From Gemmatimonadaceae bacterium (GTDB taxonomy: Bacteria; Gemmatimonadota; Gemmatimonadetes; Gemmatimonadales; Gemmatimonadaceae): a DNA stretch of 64,000 nt. Positions 1 through 9,918 of this stretch are shown here, piece after piece (the first letter of the stretch is position 1; each line of letters starts with the position of its first letter). The position numbers and the translations under genes are program-made. The notes under the pieces were generated by a model. That model worked only from the letters and a program-made list of their open reading frames with translations, was not told the DNA's origin and made no database searches. Where the stretch lies: positions 736,001-800,000 of the forward strand of contig JBHYGA010000004.1 in the NCBI GenBank assembly GCA_051859245.1. The letters run 5' to 3'.

Positions 1-129
1 GCGGCGCACCTGCGTCTGACCCACGATCACGCGACCGATTTCGGCATCAAGCCGGGAAACGAGCGATCCGGCGGCTTCAAAAGCCGCCACCGTGCTCGAC
101 GTTGTATTGGGCGAGGTAGCAGATGTCAC
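1..129 (-). CDS. MoxR-family AAA+ ATPase, N-terminal part (runs off window edge; not in ORF track)
   Basis: Manual translation from GTG at 129 gives VTSATSPNTTSSTVAAFEAAGSLVSRLDAEIGRVIVGQTQVRR; EIGRVIVGQ is the typical MoxR N-terminal motif. Confidence 0.7.
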   Translation of the reverse strand, partial: MTSATSPNTTSSTVAAFEAAGSLVSRLDAEIGRVIVGQTQVRR

Positions 130-255
130 GGAAGGGAATGCTGAAGCGGAATGCGGTACCCAATGGGCTCCGCACAATAACCAGCCAACAAAGGAGAGAT
201 ACGCGGGCGACGGCGAAATCGCTGGCCAGCGCCCGCTGCGGAATGCGACGACCGG

Positions 256-1770
256 TTACGGCTGAATTCGCACGCGCCGACGCATCAGCGCCTCGATTTC
301 ATGCATTTCGCGCGGCACGAGACTCAGTCGCTCAAGTCCCTTGTCCGTGATGATGTAGTCGTCTTCGATGCGCACGCCGGTATTCTGATATTTGAGCACG
401 GTATTGCGCACAGCCGCGATAAAGGCACGGTTTTTTGGCGTGTCAGGCAGTGCGTCGAGCGCTTTGGTGCTCACGTAGATGCCAGGCTCAATGGTGAAGG
501 CGTCGCCCACCTTGAATGTGCCGTCACCTGGCGTGCCCTGCATGGGATCGTGCACCGCGAGCCCGATCCCGTGCGTGATGCCGTGAATCATCCACAGGTT
601 TGACTGCTTGCAGGCGGCCGGGTTGGCCGTACAGTTCACGCTCCATGGCGGGTCAAACGTGGCGTCTTCACTTTGCGTTAATCCAAGGGCAAAGAGCCCG
701 CGTGAGCGCACGGCGACGGATGAATCGGCGGCGGCACGAATGCTCATGCCTGGCTGCGAGAGTTTCTCCGCGGCGTCCTGCGCATCGCGAACCAGTTGAT
801 ACAGCTGTCGCTGTTCCGGTGTGTACGTCCCGGTCACGGGAATCGTGCGCGTGATGTCCGCGGCGTACCCGCGATACTCGGCGCCGGCATCCATGACAAC
901 CAGATCACCCGGTTTGACCGGATCACTGTCGCGCATGTAATGCAATGTTGTGCCATTGGCACCAGACCCCACGATCGATCCGTAGGCCGGTCGTTCTGCA
1001 CCGCGGCGTGTAAACTCAAACTCGAGTGCCGCGCGCAACTCATACTCGTGCTCAGGATTGGCCGTGAGCATTGCGGCACGATGTCCTTCGGCACTGATCT
1101 CCACCGCTTTACGAATCAGCGCCAGCTCGGCGTCGCTTTTGCGCGCGCGCACTTGCAACACCAGGGGCATAGCATTGCGAATGGCCAGCGACGGATAGCG
1201 TGCACCGAGTGTCTTGATCGTTTCCTGTCCGCGCGTCAGTGTGTCGAGACGTGAAAAGTCGGTGGTCTCAACATCGGGAATGTGATAAAACGGCAGACCA
1301 GAGCGCGCGAGCGAATCGAGATCGCCCGCCAGCGCGCTGAACGCGCGGCCGCGCAAGCCGTATCGTGCTACAGAGTTGGTGGAATCCGCCCGCTGCCCGT
1401 AGTAGAACGCGGTGCGCGGATCGAGCGGCGTGAGATACAACGTGCTGCTGCCTTTCCGATTGCGCACCACCATCACAAAGGCGCCATCCGGCTCATCATA
1501 GTTGGTGAGATACCGGAACGACGGCAACTGATAGAACGTGCTGAAGTCGTGCACGAGCGTGCGTCCGCCAAACGCGAGCACCACGCCACTGTCAATGCGT
1601 GCTGCCAGCGAGTCGCGCCGCGCCGCGAACTCAGCGTTGCTGATGCCGCTGTTCTGGGGCTGCGCATTGGCGAGTGATGTCGAGCCTGCGGCAACGAGCG
1701 AGCTCAGCAAGGCAAGCGTAACTACACGACGCATCATGGCAGGTCCCGGGTGCGTGAAGGCGGACGTCAC
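256..1770 (-). CDS. pepP: Xaa-Pro aminopeptidase (peptidase M24B) with signal peptide; alternative start ATG 1737
   Basis: Metal-ligand motifs DAGAEYRGYAADITRT, HGITHGIGLAVHD, EPGIY, GVRIEDD; N-terminal RR plus hydrophobic stretch plus ANA cleavage site. Confidence 0.9.
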   Translation of the reverse strand: MTSAFTHPGPAMMRRVVTLALLSSLVAAGSTSLANAQPQNSGISNAEFAARRDSLAARIDSGVVLAFGGRTLVHDFSTFYQLPSFRYLTNYDEPDGAFVMVVRNRKGSSTLYLTPLDPRTAFYYGQRADSTNSVARYGLRGRAFSALAGDLDSLARSGLPFYHIPDVETTDFSRLDTLTRGQETIKTLGARYPSLAIRNAMPLVLQVRARKSDAELALIRKAVEISAEGHRAAMLTANPEHEYELRAALEFEFTRRGAERPAYGSIVGSGANGTTLHYMRDSDPVKPGDLVVMDAGAEYRGYAADITRTIPVTGTYTPEQRQLYQLVRDAQDAAEKLSQPGMSIRAAADSSVAVRSRGLFALGLTQSEDATFDPPWSVNCTANPAACKQSNLWMIHGITHGIGLAVHDPMQGTPGDGTFKVGDAFTIEPGIYVSTKALDALPDTPKNRAFIAAVRNTVLKYQNTGVRIEDDYIITDKGLERLSLVPREMHEIEALMRRRVRIQP

Positions 1771-1838
1771 CGTGATCGGCCGCGAGTCGATTCTCTGAAC
1801 AATACGGCGACAGTGACGCCAGCGCGATCAGCGGCCAG

Positions 1839-2030
1839 CCGGTTCCGCCAGCCTACGGCCATGTGATCAAGTTCAACGAAGCGGGCAGGGTGCTCGTCGA
1901 TCTACAGGATCCCTCGGGCTCCTATCCGGAAACGACCGCGGTCACGGAGTATGGTGGTCTCCTCTTTGTTCAAAGTTTGCACGCCCCTTCGCTGGGTGTG
2001 CTTCACACACGCGCTGCGGGAGTTCCATAG
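1839..2030 (+). pseudogene. C-terminal remnant of a strictosidine synthase/SMP-30-like beta-propeller gene
   Basis: Frame reads PVPPAYGHVIKFNEAGRVLVDLQDPSGSYPETTAVTEYGGLLFVQSLHAPSLGVLHTRAAGVP*; in-frame stop upstream at 1773-1775 and no room for the rest of the gene. Confidence 0.7.
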
Positions 2031-2031
2031 C

Positions 2032-2592
2032 ATGCACACGATCACAAGGCTCATCACGTGGGCAACGGTTGCGTTCAGCGTGACGCTGTTCACTCCCTCG
2101 TCACTGCGCGCGCAGCGACCCGCGCCCGTGGTTCGTCTCCCAGCACACGTCAATCCTGTGCAGCTGGACACGCTGGTGCTTGCCTGGGAACGCACCGACG
2201 CGCCGCGAGGCGAAGTGTTCGCGGCGGTTCGTTCCGCGTTCGAAACACTGCGCATTCGACCGGACTACGTGGATTCGCTGGCCGGACACTTTGGCGTGTT
2301 GAAGCTGCGCGCTTCCACCAAACTGGGTGGCGAGCGACTGTCGCTGTTCTTCAACTGCGGTCGTGGTATGGCGGGAGACAACGCTGATCAATGGCGGCTC
2401 TCCATCGCGCTCGTCACCTTCTTGCGGCCGTCGGGCGTGAGCAACACCGAGTTTGGGAGCGGTCTGGCCGCTCAGGCGCAGGACATGAGTGGTGTGTCCA
2501 AGGATCAGGTCACCTGCGGGTCCACCGGCGAGCTCGAAACCCGGATTCTCAAGCTCACCAAAGAGAAGCTGGCCAGTAAACCGTTGTACTGA
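2032..2592 (+). CDS. Exported hypothetical protein
   Basis: ATG at 2032, one base after the remnant's TAG; signal peptide ending LRA-Q; Cys pair (FNCG ... VTCGSTG). Confidence 0.75.
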   Translation: MHTITRLITWATVAFSVTLFTPSSLRAQRPAPVVRLPAHVNPVQLDTLVLAWERTDAPRGEVFAAVRSAFETLRIRPDYVDSLAGHFGVLKLRASTKLGGERLSLFFNCGRGMAGDNADQWRLSIALVTFLRPSGVSNTEFGSGLAAQAQDMSGVSKDQVTCGSTGELETRILKLTKEKLASKPLY

Positions 2593-2632
2593 GCGATCAC
2601 TGACCAGCTCAACAACGGGCTGCGAGACGACG

Positions 2633-3229
2633 CTACGCGTCCCAGCTTTTCATGGCTTCATCCACCACCAGCAGCATTGTTTCGCGTGACGTACCCGCCT
2701 TGGCTTGCACGCTGAGTCCCGAAATCACGGTGTGAAAGTAGAGCGCCATCGCTGAGACATCCGCGCTTGCCCGCAGCTGACCATCACGCTGCGCGCGACG
2801 CAGACGCTCCTCAATCACGGCCGCCGCCTGGCGCATGGACGTGCACAGCGCGCTGCGTACCGCCGCGGGAACGGCCGCCGAGTCGCTCGTGGTGGCCGCC
2901 GTCACGATCAAGCATCCAAAGGGGTGTGAACGGTCCGTGTACAGCGCCACCGTGTCCCGCAAATACTGTCGCATGGCCGCCCGCCCATCGGGCTCGGACT
3001 CCAATTGCACAACGAGCCCCGCCGCGAACGCCGACAGATAGCGCTCCAACGCCGCCAGAAAAAGCGCCTCCTTGTTGCCGTAGGCGGCGTACAGGCTGGG
3101 CTTGGATACGCCGACGGCTGCCGCCAGCTCCTGTACAGACGCGCCTTCAAATCCGTCGCGCCAAAACACGGGCAACACCCGATCGAGCGCCATCTCCGGG
3201 TCGAATTCCCGGGGTCGTCCTCGGCCCAT
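2633..3229 (-). CDS. TetR/AcrR family transcriptional regulator (NemR/ComR-like)
   Basis: GRPREFD N-terminus, HTH ASVQELAAAVGVSKPSLYAAYGNKEALF, GCLIV motif; AAGGA RBS. Confidence 0.93.
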   Translation of the reverse strand: MGRGRPREFDPEMALDRVLPVFWRDGFEGASVQELAAAVGVSKPSLYAAYGNKEALFLAALERYLSAFAAGLVVQLESEPDGRAAMRQYLRDTVALYTDRSHPFGCLIVTAATTSDSAAVPAAVRSALCTSMRQAAAVIEERLRRAQRDGQLRASADVSAMALYFHTVISGLSVQAKAGTSRETMLLVVDEAMKSWDA

Positions 3230-3265
3230 CGCGTTCCTTGGAAAGAGTACTACTTGCGAATTGCC

Positions 3266-3296
3266 TACCGAACGGTAATATATCTACCATTCGGTA
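3266..3296. promoter_or_regulatory. Two TetR operator-like palindromes, TACCGAACGGTA (3266-3277) and TACCATTCGGTA (3285-3296)
   Basis: Repeated TACC-N4-GGTA dyads in the AT-rich gap between divergent tetR and alkene reductase genes. Confidence 0.75.
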
Positions 3297-3362
3297 CACA
3301 ATGTGTGGTTTTGCCGGTCAGGGCTGACTGCACCTCGTCCAATCTGTCTACGGAGTGTCGCA

Positions 3363-4442
3363 ATGCTGTTCGATCCCTACGTACTTGGCAAGCTTTCGTT
3401 GCGGAACCGCCTCGTGATGGCGCCGATGACCCGCAACCGCGCGTCCACCGACCACGTGCCCACGCCCTCCATGGCCGACTACTACGGTCAGCGCGCGGAT
3501 GTCGGCCTGATCATTACCGAAGGCACGTCGCCGTCGGCTGACGGACTTGGCTACGCGCGCATTCCCGGATTGTTCACCGCCGAGCATGTCGCCGCCTGGA
3601 AGCCCGTCACGCACGCCGTGCATCAGAAGGGCGGGCGGATCTTCGTGCAGCTCATGCATACTGGACGTGTGTCGGCAGCGGCAAACTTGCCGGCCGGAGC
3701 GAAAACGGTCGGCCCGATGGCCGAGGCGATGCCGGAATCGATCTACACCGACACGAACGGCATGGTACCCGCCGACGTCCCGCACGCGCTCAACGAGCAA
3801 GAAATTGCCGAGGTCGTCGCCCAGTACGCGCACAGCGCAAAACTCGCCATCGAGGCCGGATTCGACGGCGTGGAGCTGCACGGCGCCAACGGGTACCTGA
3901 TCGAACAGTTCTTGAACGCCAATGTGAACCGCCGCACTGACGGTTACGGCGGAAGCGCGAGCGCACGCAACCGATTTGCGCTGGAAGTCGCGAAGGCAAC
4001 AGTGCTCGCGATTGGTGCAGACCGCGTGGGCATTCGCATTTCGCCGTACGGAGCCTTCAATGCGACTGGCGCGTTTGATGGACTGGAAGCGCAATACCTG
4101 GAGCTGGTCCGAGAGCTGGGCGAGCTCAATCTTGCCTATCTGCATCTGGTGAACCACGCGTCAATGGGCGCGCCCGACATTCCCGGCAGCTTCATCGCCC
4201 AGTTGCGCAGCGCGTTCCCCGGCACGTTCATCGCCTCCGGTGGCATGGATCGCGCGCGCGCTGAAGCGCTCCTGGGATACGGCGCCACAGATCTCGTCGC
4301 ATTTGGTCGACCGGTGCTCGCCAATCCGGACTTTGCCGCGCGGCTCGCCAATGATCTGCCGCTTAATGCGCCCGACTTCTCAACCTTCTATACGCCGGGC
4401 GACGCGGGATATCTCGACTATCCCGCGCTTGCCACGACTTAA
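3363..4442 (+). CDS. nemA: Alkene reductase / NADH:flavin oxidoreductase (Old Yellow Enzyme, NemA-like)
   Basis: NRLVMAPMTRNRA, GFDGVELHGANGYLIEQF, TFY..GYLDYP; GGAG RBS before ATG 3363. Confidence 0.92.
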   Translation: MLFDPYVLGKLSLRNRLVMAPMTRNRASTDHVPTPSMADYYGQRADVGLIITEGTSPSADGLGYARIPGLFTAEHVAAWKPVTHAVHQKGGRIFVQLMHTGRVSAAANLPAGAKTVGPMAEAMPESIYTDTNGMVPADVPHALNEQEIAEVVAQYAHSAKLAIEAGFDGVELHGANGYLIEQFLNANVNRRTDGYGGSASARNRFALEVAKATVLAIGADRVGIRISPYGAFNATGAFDGLEAQYLELVRELGELNLAYLHLVNHASMGAPDIPGSFIAQLRSAFPGTFIASGGMDRARAEALLGYGATDLVAFGRPVLANPDFAARLANDLPLNAPDFSTFYTPGDAGYLDYPALATT

Positions 4443-5287
4443 GTAACGAGCGCCTTCGCGATTACCGAGAAGTCGTCAGCACCAAACCCGTCGGCGATCA
4501 CATCATCCATCCGTGCAGCCAATGAGGGCAGCAGCGCGAGTGGACGATCGCCGGCGGTTTCGAGCATCAGGCGTACATCTTTGCGCGCCATGGTGAGTTC
4601 GAAGCTCGCCGAGAAATCACCCTGCGCCATTTTGCGTCCGCGACCCGAAATAATGCCAGCTGCATTAAACGTACCGAGCAGCTCGAGCGCATCGGTGGGC
4701 GCAATCTCTGATCCTTGCGCGATCGCAAACACATCGGAGACCAGCGCCGCAATGCCGATGATGTAGCAGTTACCGATCAGTTTGTACGCGGCGGCGAGGT
4801 CAGGCCGCTCTCCAAAGTAGCGCACCTTTTCGGCCATGCGCTCAAGCGCTGGCCGGACGTCATCAAAGATCGCTTGCGGGCCGGCCACGAGAATTGTGCC
4901 CTGCTCCTGCCGAGCGGCTGCAGGTCCGATGAACACCGGGCAGTGTAGATACTTGATGCCCGCGTCGGCGAGTCGCTGCGCGCGTTCGGCAGTGTGCGTT
5001 GGCTGTGTGGTGGTGTGATCCACAATCACGGCGCTCGCGTTCAACGCGTCAACACACTGCGCGATCACCTCGTTGACCACGGCGTCGTCTTTGAGCACAA
5101 GATGCACCCGCTCGGCGCCGCGTACGGCCTCCGCGGGTGTCTCGGCCACGCGCACGCCGAGCGGCGCTAACGCGCGCGCTTTGTCCGCGGTGCGATTCCA
5201 AACGGTGATCTGGTCACCACGTGCTGCAGCGGCTTCAACAAAAGCGGCGCCGAGCAAACCTGTTCCGAGAAATGCGATGTGTGCCAT
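4439..5287 (-). CDS. NAD(P)-dependent oxidoreductase, 3-hydroxyisobutyrate dehydrogenase family
   Basis: IAFLGTGLLG Rossmann motif, VWNRT, KLIGN, KDVRL. Confidence 0.88.
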   Translation of the reverse strand: MAHIAFLGTGLLGAAFVEAAAARGDQITVWNRTADKARALAPLGVRVAETPAEAVRGAERVHLVLKDDAVVNEVIAQCVDALNASAVIVDHTTTQPTHTAERAQRLADAGIKYLHCPVFIGPAAARQEQGTILVAGPQAIFDDVRPALERMAEKVRYFGERPDLAAAYKLIGNCYIIGIAALVSDVFAIAQGSEIAPTDALELLGTFNAAGIISGRGRKMAQGDFSASFELTMARKDVRLMLETAGDRPLALLPSLAARMDDVIADGFGADDFSVIAKALVT

Positions 5288-5327
5288 GCATGAAAGATGG
5301 CGACCACACACGCGCTGCTCCAGTGCG

Positions 5328-8081
5328 TCAGGTCAAATGGCGAAGTGTGTCTTCGCGCACCGGCGCATCGATGACTTCACGCACGCGCGTTGCGAGCGCG
5401 GCAATCGTAAACGGCTTGGCGAGAAACTCGACGCCGGGCTTCAGCACGCCGTGATGCACAATCACGTTGGACGTGTAGCCCGATGCGTACAGCACCCGGG
5501 TTTCCGGCCGGAGAGCAACTACACGTTCCGCCAGCACGCGCCCGTTCATCAACGGCATGATCACGTCGGTGAGCAACAGCGCTACGTGCTCCGGTGTGTG
5601 CTCCAGCCACGCGAGTGCTGATGGGCCATCCGGAAAGTCGAACACGCGATATCCCTGGCGCACCAGCAAACGCACGGCAAGTGCTCGCACCGTGTGATCG
5701 TCTTCCACGAGCATGATGGTTTCGGTGCCGCGCGGCAATGCCGCCGGCGCATCAGACAGCGTTTGTACTTCCGAGACGAACACCCGCGGCAGGTAAATCT
5801 TGAAGCTTGTACCGTGCCCGGGTTCCGAGTACACCTCCACACGTCCGCCATTCTGTGAGACAGCGCCGTGAATCATGGCCAACCCAAGTCCAGTGCCGCG
5901 GCCAATTTCCTTGGTTGTAAAGAATGGTTCGAAGGCGTGCTCACGAATCTCACTACTCATGCCAATGCCGGTATCTGATACGGCGAGCAGGACATACTCA
6001 CCGGCCGGAACGTCGGGATGCTCAAGCACATACTGCTCGTCCAGCACCACGTTGCTGGTTTCAAGCGTGAGACGACCGCCGTCGGGCATGGCATCACGCG
6101 CATTGACGGCGAGATTGACCAGAATTTGCTCGGCCTGACCAGGATCAAACCGAACCAGCGCCAAGCGCTCGTCGGTCACGAGTTGCAGCAGAATGTCTTC
6201 GCCGAGCAGGCGCTGCAGCATGCCATGCACGCGACGCACGACTTCATTGAGATCGAGTACGACCGGCGCAATTAGCTGTTTGCGCGAGAATGCAAGCAGT
6301 TGTTGTGTGAGTCGAGCGGCCGAATCCGCAGCCCGCTCCACTTCCATCAGATCCTGTCGAACGGCGCTCTCCGGCTTGAGTGATGCGATGGACAGCTCGA
6401 TATAGCCCTTCATCACGGTGAGCAGATTGTTAAAATCATGCGCCACGCCGCCAGCAAGTCTCCCGACGCTTTCCATTTTCTGCGCCTGTCCAAGCTGCGC
6501 CTGCAACCGTCGTTCGCCCGACACATCAACGAACGACGCCATCATGCCAGCTGGTACGCCGCGCGAATCGTTGAACAAACTGGCGTTCACGAGCACTACG
6601 AGTTGACTGCCGGCGCGCCGGTGGCGAACCGGGAGTTCTCCCGACCACGTCCCCGTGGTGACCAACGTGTTGAACTGTTCGGTAGGACGCTGATCCTCAT
6701 CCCAAAGCTCCAGCGCATGCATACCCAGCGCCTGTTCGGGGTTCTCGTACCCCCACATCGCCACGAACGAACGATTCATGTACGTGAGCGTCCCGTTCAG
6801 ATCGGCCATCGCGACGCCATTGAGTGACGCTTCGATTGCCGACTGCAGGCGCGTGAGTGCATCATGCGACGCCCGACGGTCACTGATGTCTGACACACTG
6901 CCGCGGACAAGCTGACGGCCTTCAAAGGGCAAGGCGGAGAGGCGCACCTCGCATGGGAACTCGCGGCCGCTCGTGTCGCGGTGTCTCCACTCGAACACTT
7001 GCGGCTCACCATCCAACGCGCGCTGAATGAACTGAAAGGCGAACTCCGCTGACGGCTGACCATTCTCCTGAAACTCGGGCGTCAGATCGAGAACGCTGCG
7101 TTGCAGCAGCTCGTGGCGCGTGAGTCCGAACAGTCGCTCAGCGTTGCGGTTGGCATCGACAAACCGGTTCTGCGCAACATCCAGTACCACGATCGCTTCC
7201 GGTGCGTGCTCAACCTGAATACGAAAGCGCTCTTCGCTTTCCCGTAATGCTTCGCGCGACAGCTCCTCATCGGTACTGTCGCCAAGATATCCATGCCACA
7301 GGGTGCTACCATCGGGCAGGCGCTCCGGACGAGCGCTACCCTTGATCCAACGCACGCCGCGTGATGGGAGGATCACCCGATAGCTGCAACTCCAGGTGCA
7401 CAGCGTCGCCACGGAATCTTTAATGGTCTCTTGTACACGCACGCGATCGTCCGGATGAATGCGGTCGAACGCGGCCGATGCGTCATGAGCGACGTCACCG
7501 GGCGCAATTTCGAACACATCGATGAGACCGTCACTGGCGTATGGAAAGCGCGACCGCCCGTCTGGAAAGAGTTGGAACTGATAGATCACCCCGGGCACCA
7601 GATGCCCCAGATTCCGAAGCAACGTTGCTGCCTCGCGCGACGCGTGTTCGGCTTCCACACGGGCGGTGATGTCAGCGATCATTGCGACAAATCGATCGAT
7701 GGATCCGTCGACTTTGCGGAGCACTTTCACATCAATCGACGCATGCAGGGTCGAGCCGTCAGCGCGGAGTAAACGTTTGTCGCGCTTGTACCCGTTACTC
7801 TCGCCCTTCATGATCCGTTCGAGCTCTGCGAAGTCTTGCGGCAGCTCGTCTGGATGCGTGAGTTCGGTCCACGACTTTGTCAACAATGCTTCCCGCTCAT
7901 AGCCGAGCAGAGTACACAACGTCTGATTGACATCAAGCCACGCAAACGTTTCGCCGTCATTCACCGCCATCCCAATGAACGGCAGATCATGAAAGAGGCG
8001 AAGCGCCTCGATCGCGCTGGCGGGCTCAACCGGAGGCCCGAGTTCCTCTGGACGGAGCGTCATGACCAGAACATGCGCCAT
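5328..8081 (-). CDS. Multi-PAS hybrid sensor histidine kinase with receiver domain
   Basis: Several PAS/PAC repeats, H-box AGGVAHDFNNLL, NARDAMP, DTGIGM, FFTTKEIGRGTGLGL, receiver LLTDVIMP and KPF. Confidence 0.95.
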   Translation of the reverse strand: MAHVLVMTLRPEELGPPVEPASAIEALRLFHDLPFIGMAVNDGETFAWLDVNQTLCTLLGYEREALLTKSWTELTHPDELPQDFAELERIMKGESNGYKRDKRLLRADGSTLHASIDVKVLRKVDGSIDRFVAMIADITARVEAEHASREAATLLRNLGHLVPGVIYQFQLFPDGRSRFPYASDGLIDVFEIAPGDVAHDASAAFDRIHPDDRVRVQETIKDSVATLCTWSCSYRVILPSRGVRWIKGSARPERLPDGSTLWHGYLGDSTDEELSREALRESEERFRIQVEHAPEAIVVLDVAQNRFVDANRNAERLFGLTRHELLQRSVLDLTPEFQENGQPSAEFAFQFIQRALDGEPQVFEWRHRDTSGREFPCEVRLSALPFEGRQLVRGSVSDISDRRASHDALTRLQSAIEASLNGVAMADLNGTLTYMNRSFVAMWGYENPEQALGMHALELWDEDQRPTEQFNTLVTTGTWSGELPVRHRRAGSQLVVLVNASLFNDSRGVPAGMMASFVDVSGERRLQAQLGQAQKMESVGRLAGGVAHDFNNLLTVMKGYIELSIASLKPESAVRQDLMEVERAADSAARLTQQLLAFSRKQLIAPVVLDLNEVVRRVHGMLQRLLGEDILLQLVTDERLALVRFDPGQAEQILVNLAVNARDAMPDGGRLTLETSNVVLDEQYVLEHPDVPAGEYVLLAVSDTGIGMSSEIREHAFEPFFTTKEIGRGTGLGLAMIHGAVSQNGGRVEVYSEPGHGTSFKIYLPRVFVSEVQTLSDAPAALPRGTETIMLVEDDHTVRALAVRLLVRQGYRVFDFPDGPSALAWLEHTPEHVALLLTDVIMPLMNGRVLAERVVALRPETRVLYASGYTSNVIVHHGVLKPGVEFLAKPFTIAALATRVREVIDAPVREDTLRHLT

Positions 8082-8248
8082 CGGCGCGAAGAGCGCGAGC
8101 GCTCAGTTCGGTAAACCTTCGTGCCCTGAACGCGGGGCGCGCGAAGATGACCGCAAGAAACGACTTCAGTCGAGCCCTGAACGCGACGACACTGACTTTT
8201 ACACGTTTTGCCCGACGCAGGGCTTTCTCACTGGATTCTGAGCTCGTG

Positions 8249-9292
8249 ATGACTGTCACACCACTGGTGAATCGCACCACCGAGGTTGAGCTGTACGCTC
8301 GCCTGATCAGCCCCTCGCGCCTGGCAGCCGTCCAGGCGACGGGGCTGCTCGATGGCAACTCCAATGACGTGCTGGATCGCATCTCGCGACTCGTCACCCG
8401 TTTGGTGGGTGCCCCTACGAGCGTCGTGTCGTTGGTGGGACGCGGGCAACAGTTCTTTCCCGGCATGGATGGGTTGTCGGGTTGGCCGGCCCATCAGCGT
8501 TCCACGCCGCTGAGCCATTCGTACTGCCAACACGTGGTGATGCGCGACAGCGCGATTGTCATTGCCAATACCTCGGAAGATCCGATCGCGGCCGAAAGCG
8601 CGGCGCACACGGAGCTCGGCGTTGGTGCCTATGCCGGCGTTCCGCTGCGAACCTCCACCGGTGAAACGCTTGGGGCATTGTGTGCCATCAGCTGCCGACC
8701 GTGGCACTGGACGACGGCGCAGATGCAGACGCTTGAGGATCTGGCAGCGGCCGCCATGTCCGAAATCGAGCTGCGCGCCACCGCACGCGCGCTGTTGCAC
8801 AGCAATCAGAAATTGACAGAACAGGTAGTGCGTGATCCGGTCACCGGGTTGCTGAATCGCACCGGTTTTCTGACGCGTGCCAAGGCCGCTGTTGAAGTGG
8901 CACAGCACGAGCAGCGTGCCTTTATCGTGTGCTTGCTTGATCTGAACCACTTCAAGCACATCAATCACACGCTTGGATTTGACGCGGCCGACGCGGCGCT
9001 CGTGGAAACCGCTGCGCTCCTCGAGGGCGCCTTTCGCGACGCCGACGTCATTGCACGCATTGGTTCCGACGAGTTTGTGGTGTTGATCGACAATGCGAAC
9101 GAGTCCGATATTCCATTCGTGACCGCGCGATTGGCGGCGTCGTTCGATGTGCACAATGCGTCGCGCAATCGAGAGTTCATTCTCGACGCAAGCGTCGGCT
9201 TTGCCGCCTGGAACCCGCGCGCTCCGGTGTCGGTCAGCACGTTGCTGCATCGGGCAGAGGTGGCAATGCGCGAGAGTCGAAGCCTGGTGTAG
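8249..9292 (+). CDS. GAF plus GGDEF-domain protein (degenerate GSDEF); start could be 8147
   Basis: GAF (TPLSHSYCQHVV, YAGVPL..GALC) followed by DPVTGLLNR and ARIGSDEF. Confidence 0.88.
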   Translation: MTVTPLVNRTTEVELYARLISPSRLAAVQATGLLDGNSNDVLDRISRLVTRLVGAPTSVVSLVGRGQQFFPGMDGLSGWPAHQRSTPLSHSYCQHVVMRDSAIVIANTSEDPIAAESAAHTELGVGAYAGVPLRTSTGETLGALCAISCRPWHWTTAQMQTLEDLAAAAMSEIELRATARALLHSNQKLTEQVVRDPVTGLLNRTGFLTRAKAAVEVAQHEQRAFIVCLLDLNHFKHINHTLGFDAADAALVETAALLEGAFRDADVIARIGSDEFVVLIDNANESDIPFVTARLAASFDVHNASRNREFILDASVGFAAWNPRAPVSVSTLLHRAEVAMRESRSLV

Positions 9293-9321
9293 TTTTCCGG
9301 ATCACTCTTACGGACAACAGC

Positions 9322-9900
9322 ATGCGCCAGCCTCTCACGTCAATCTTGTTCGCCCTCGGTTTGCTTTCCGGCAGCGACATCTCCGCGCAGAACCCGCAGC
9401 GCGAGTTCTGGACCAATCTCAGCGCGCTGTGCAACACGGCGTACGCCGGTGTGCTGCGTCAGGCGCCGCCGGGCGATACGCAGATTGATCCGACCGCCAG
9501 GCTGGTCGTGCACTTCTGGGAATGCGGTGAGAACGAGCTACGATTCCCGTTGCACGTGAATGACAACCGTTCACGCACGTGGGTGTTCATTCGTCACGCC
9601 GACAAAATCGAACTGCGACATGATCATCGGGAAGCGGATGGTCGTGAATCGGCGAACACCTGGTATGGCGCATTAACCATCGTGCCGGGAAGCGCAACGC
9701 GTCAGGACTTCGTCACGGAGCGTAACGGGGCAACGAGCGGATGGCGCGTAGAGATCGAGCCCGGGAAGCGTTTTGCGTACGGAACCGCGCGGAACGGCGA
9801 GTTCCGACATCATCTGGAGTTCGATCTGACGAAGCCCGTCGCCGTTCCACCGCTTCCCTGGGGCAGCGGCGTGCGTCCGTCACAACGCCCGACACCGTAG
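9322..9900 (+). CDS. Exported conserved hypothetical protein
   Basis: Signal peptide; globular sequence with SRTWVF and LRHDHREADG segments. Confidence 0.75.
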   Translation: MRQPLTSILFALGLLSGSDISAQNPQREFWTNLSALCNTAYAGVLRQAPPGDTQIDPTARLVVHFWECGENELRFPLHVNDNRSRTWVFIRHADKIELRHDHREADGRESANTWYGALTIVPGSATRQDFVTERNGATSGWRVEIEPGKRFAYGTARNGEFRHHLEFDLTKPVAVPPLPWGSGVRPSQRPTP

Positions 9901-9918
9901 CCCACGACCACATGGACT

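Noticed and set aside
8228..9250. 340-aa minus-strand ORF
   Set aside because: Antisense shadow of the GAF-GGDEF gene with no recognisable motifs
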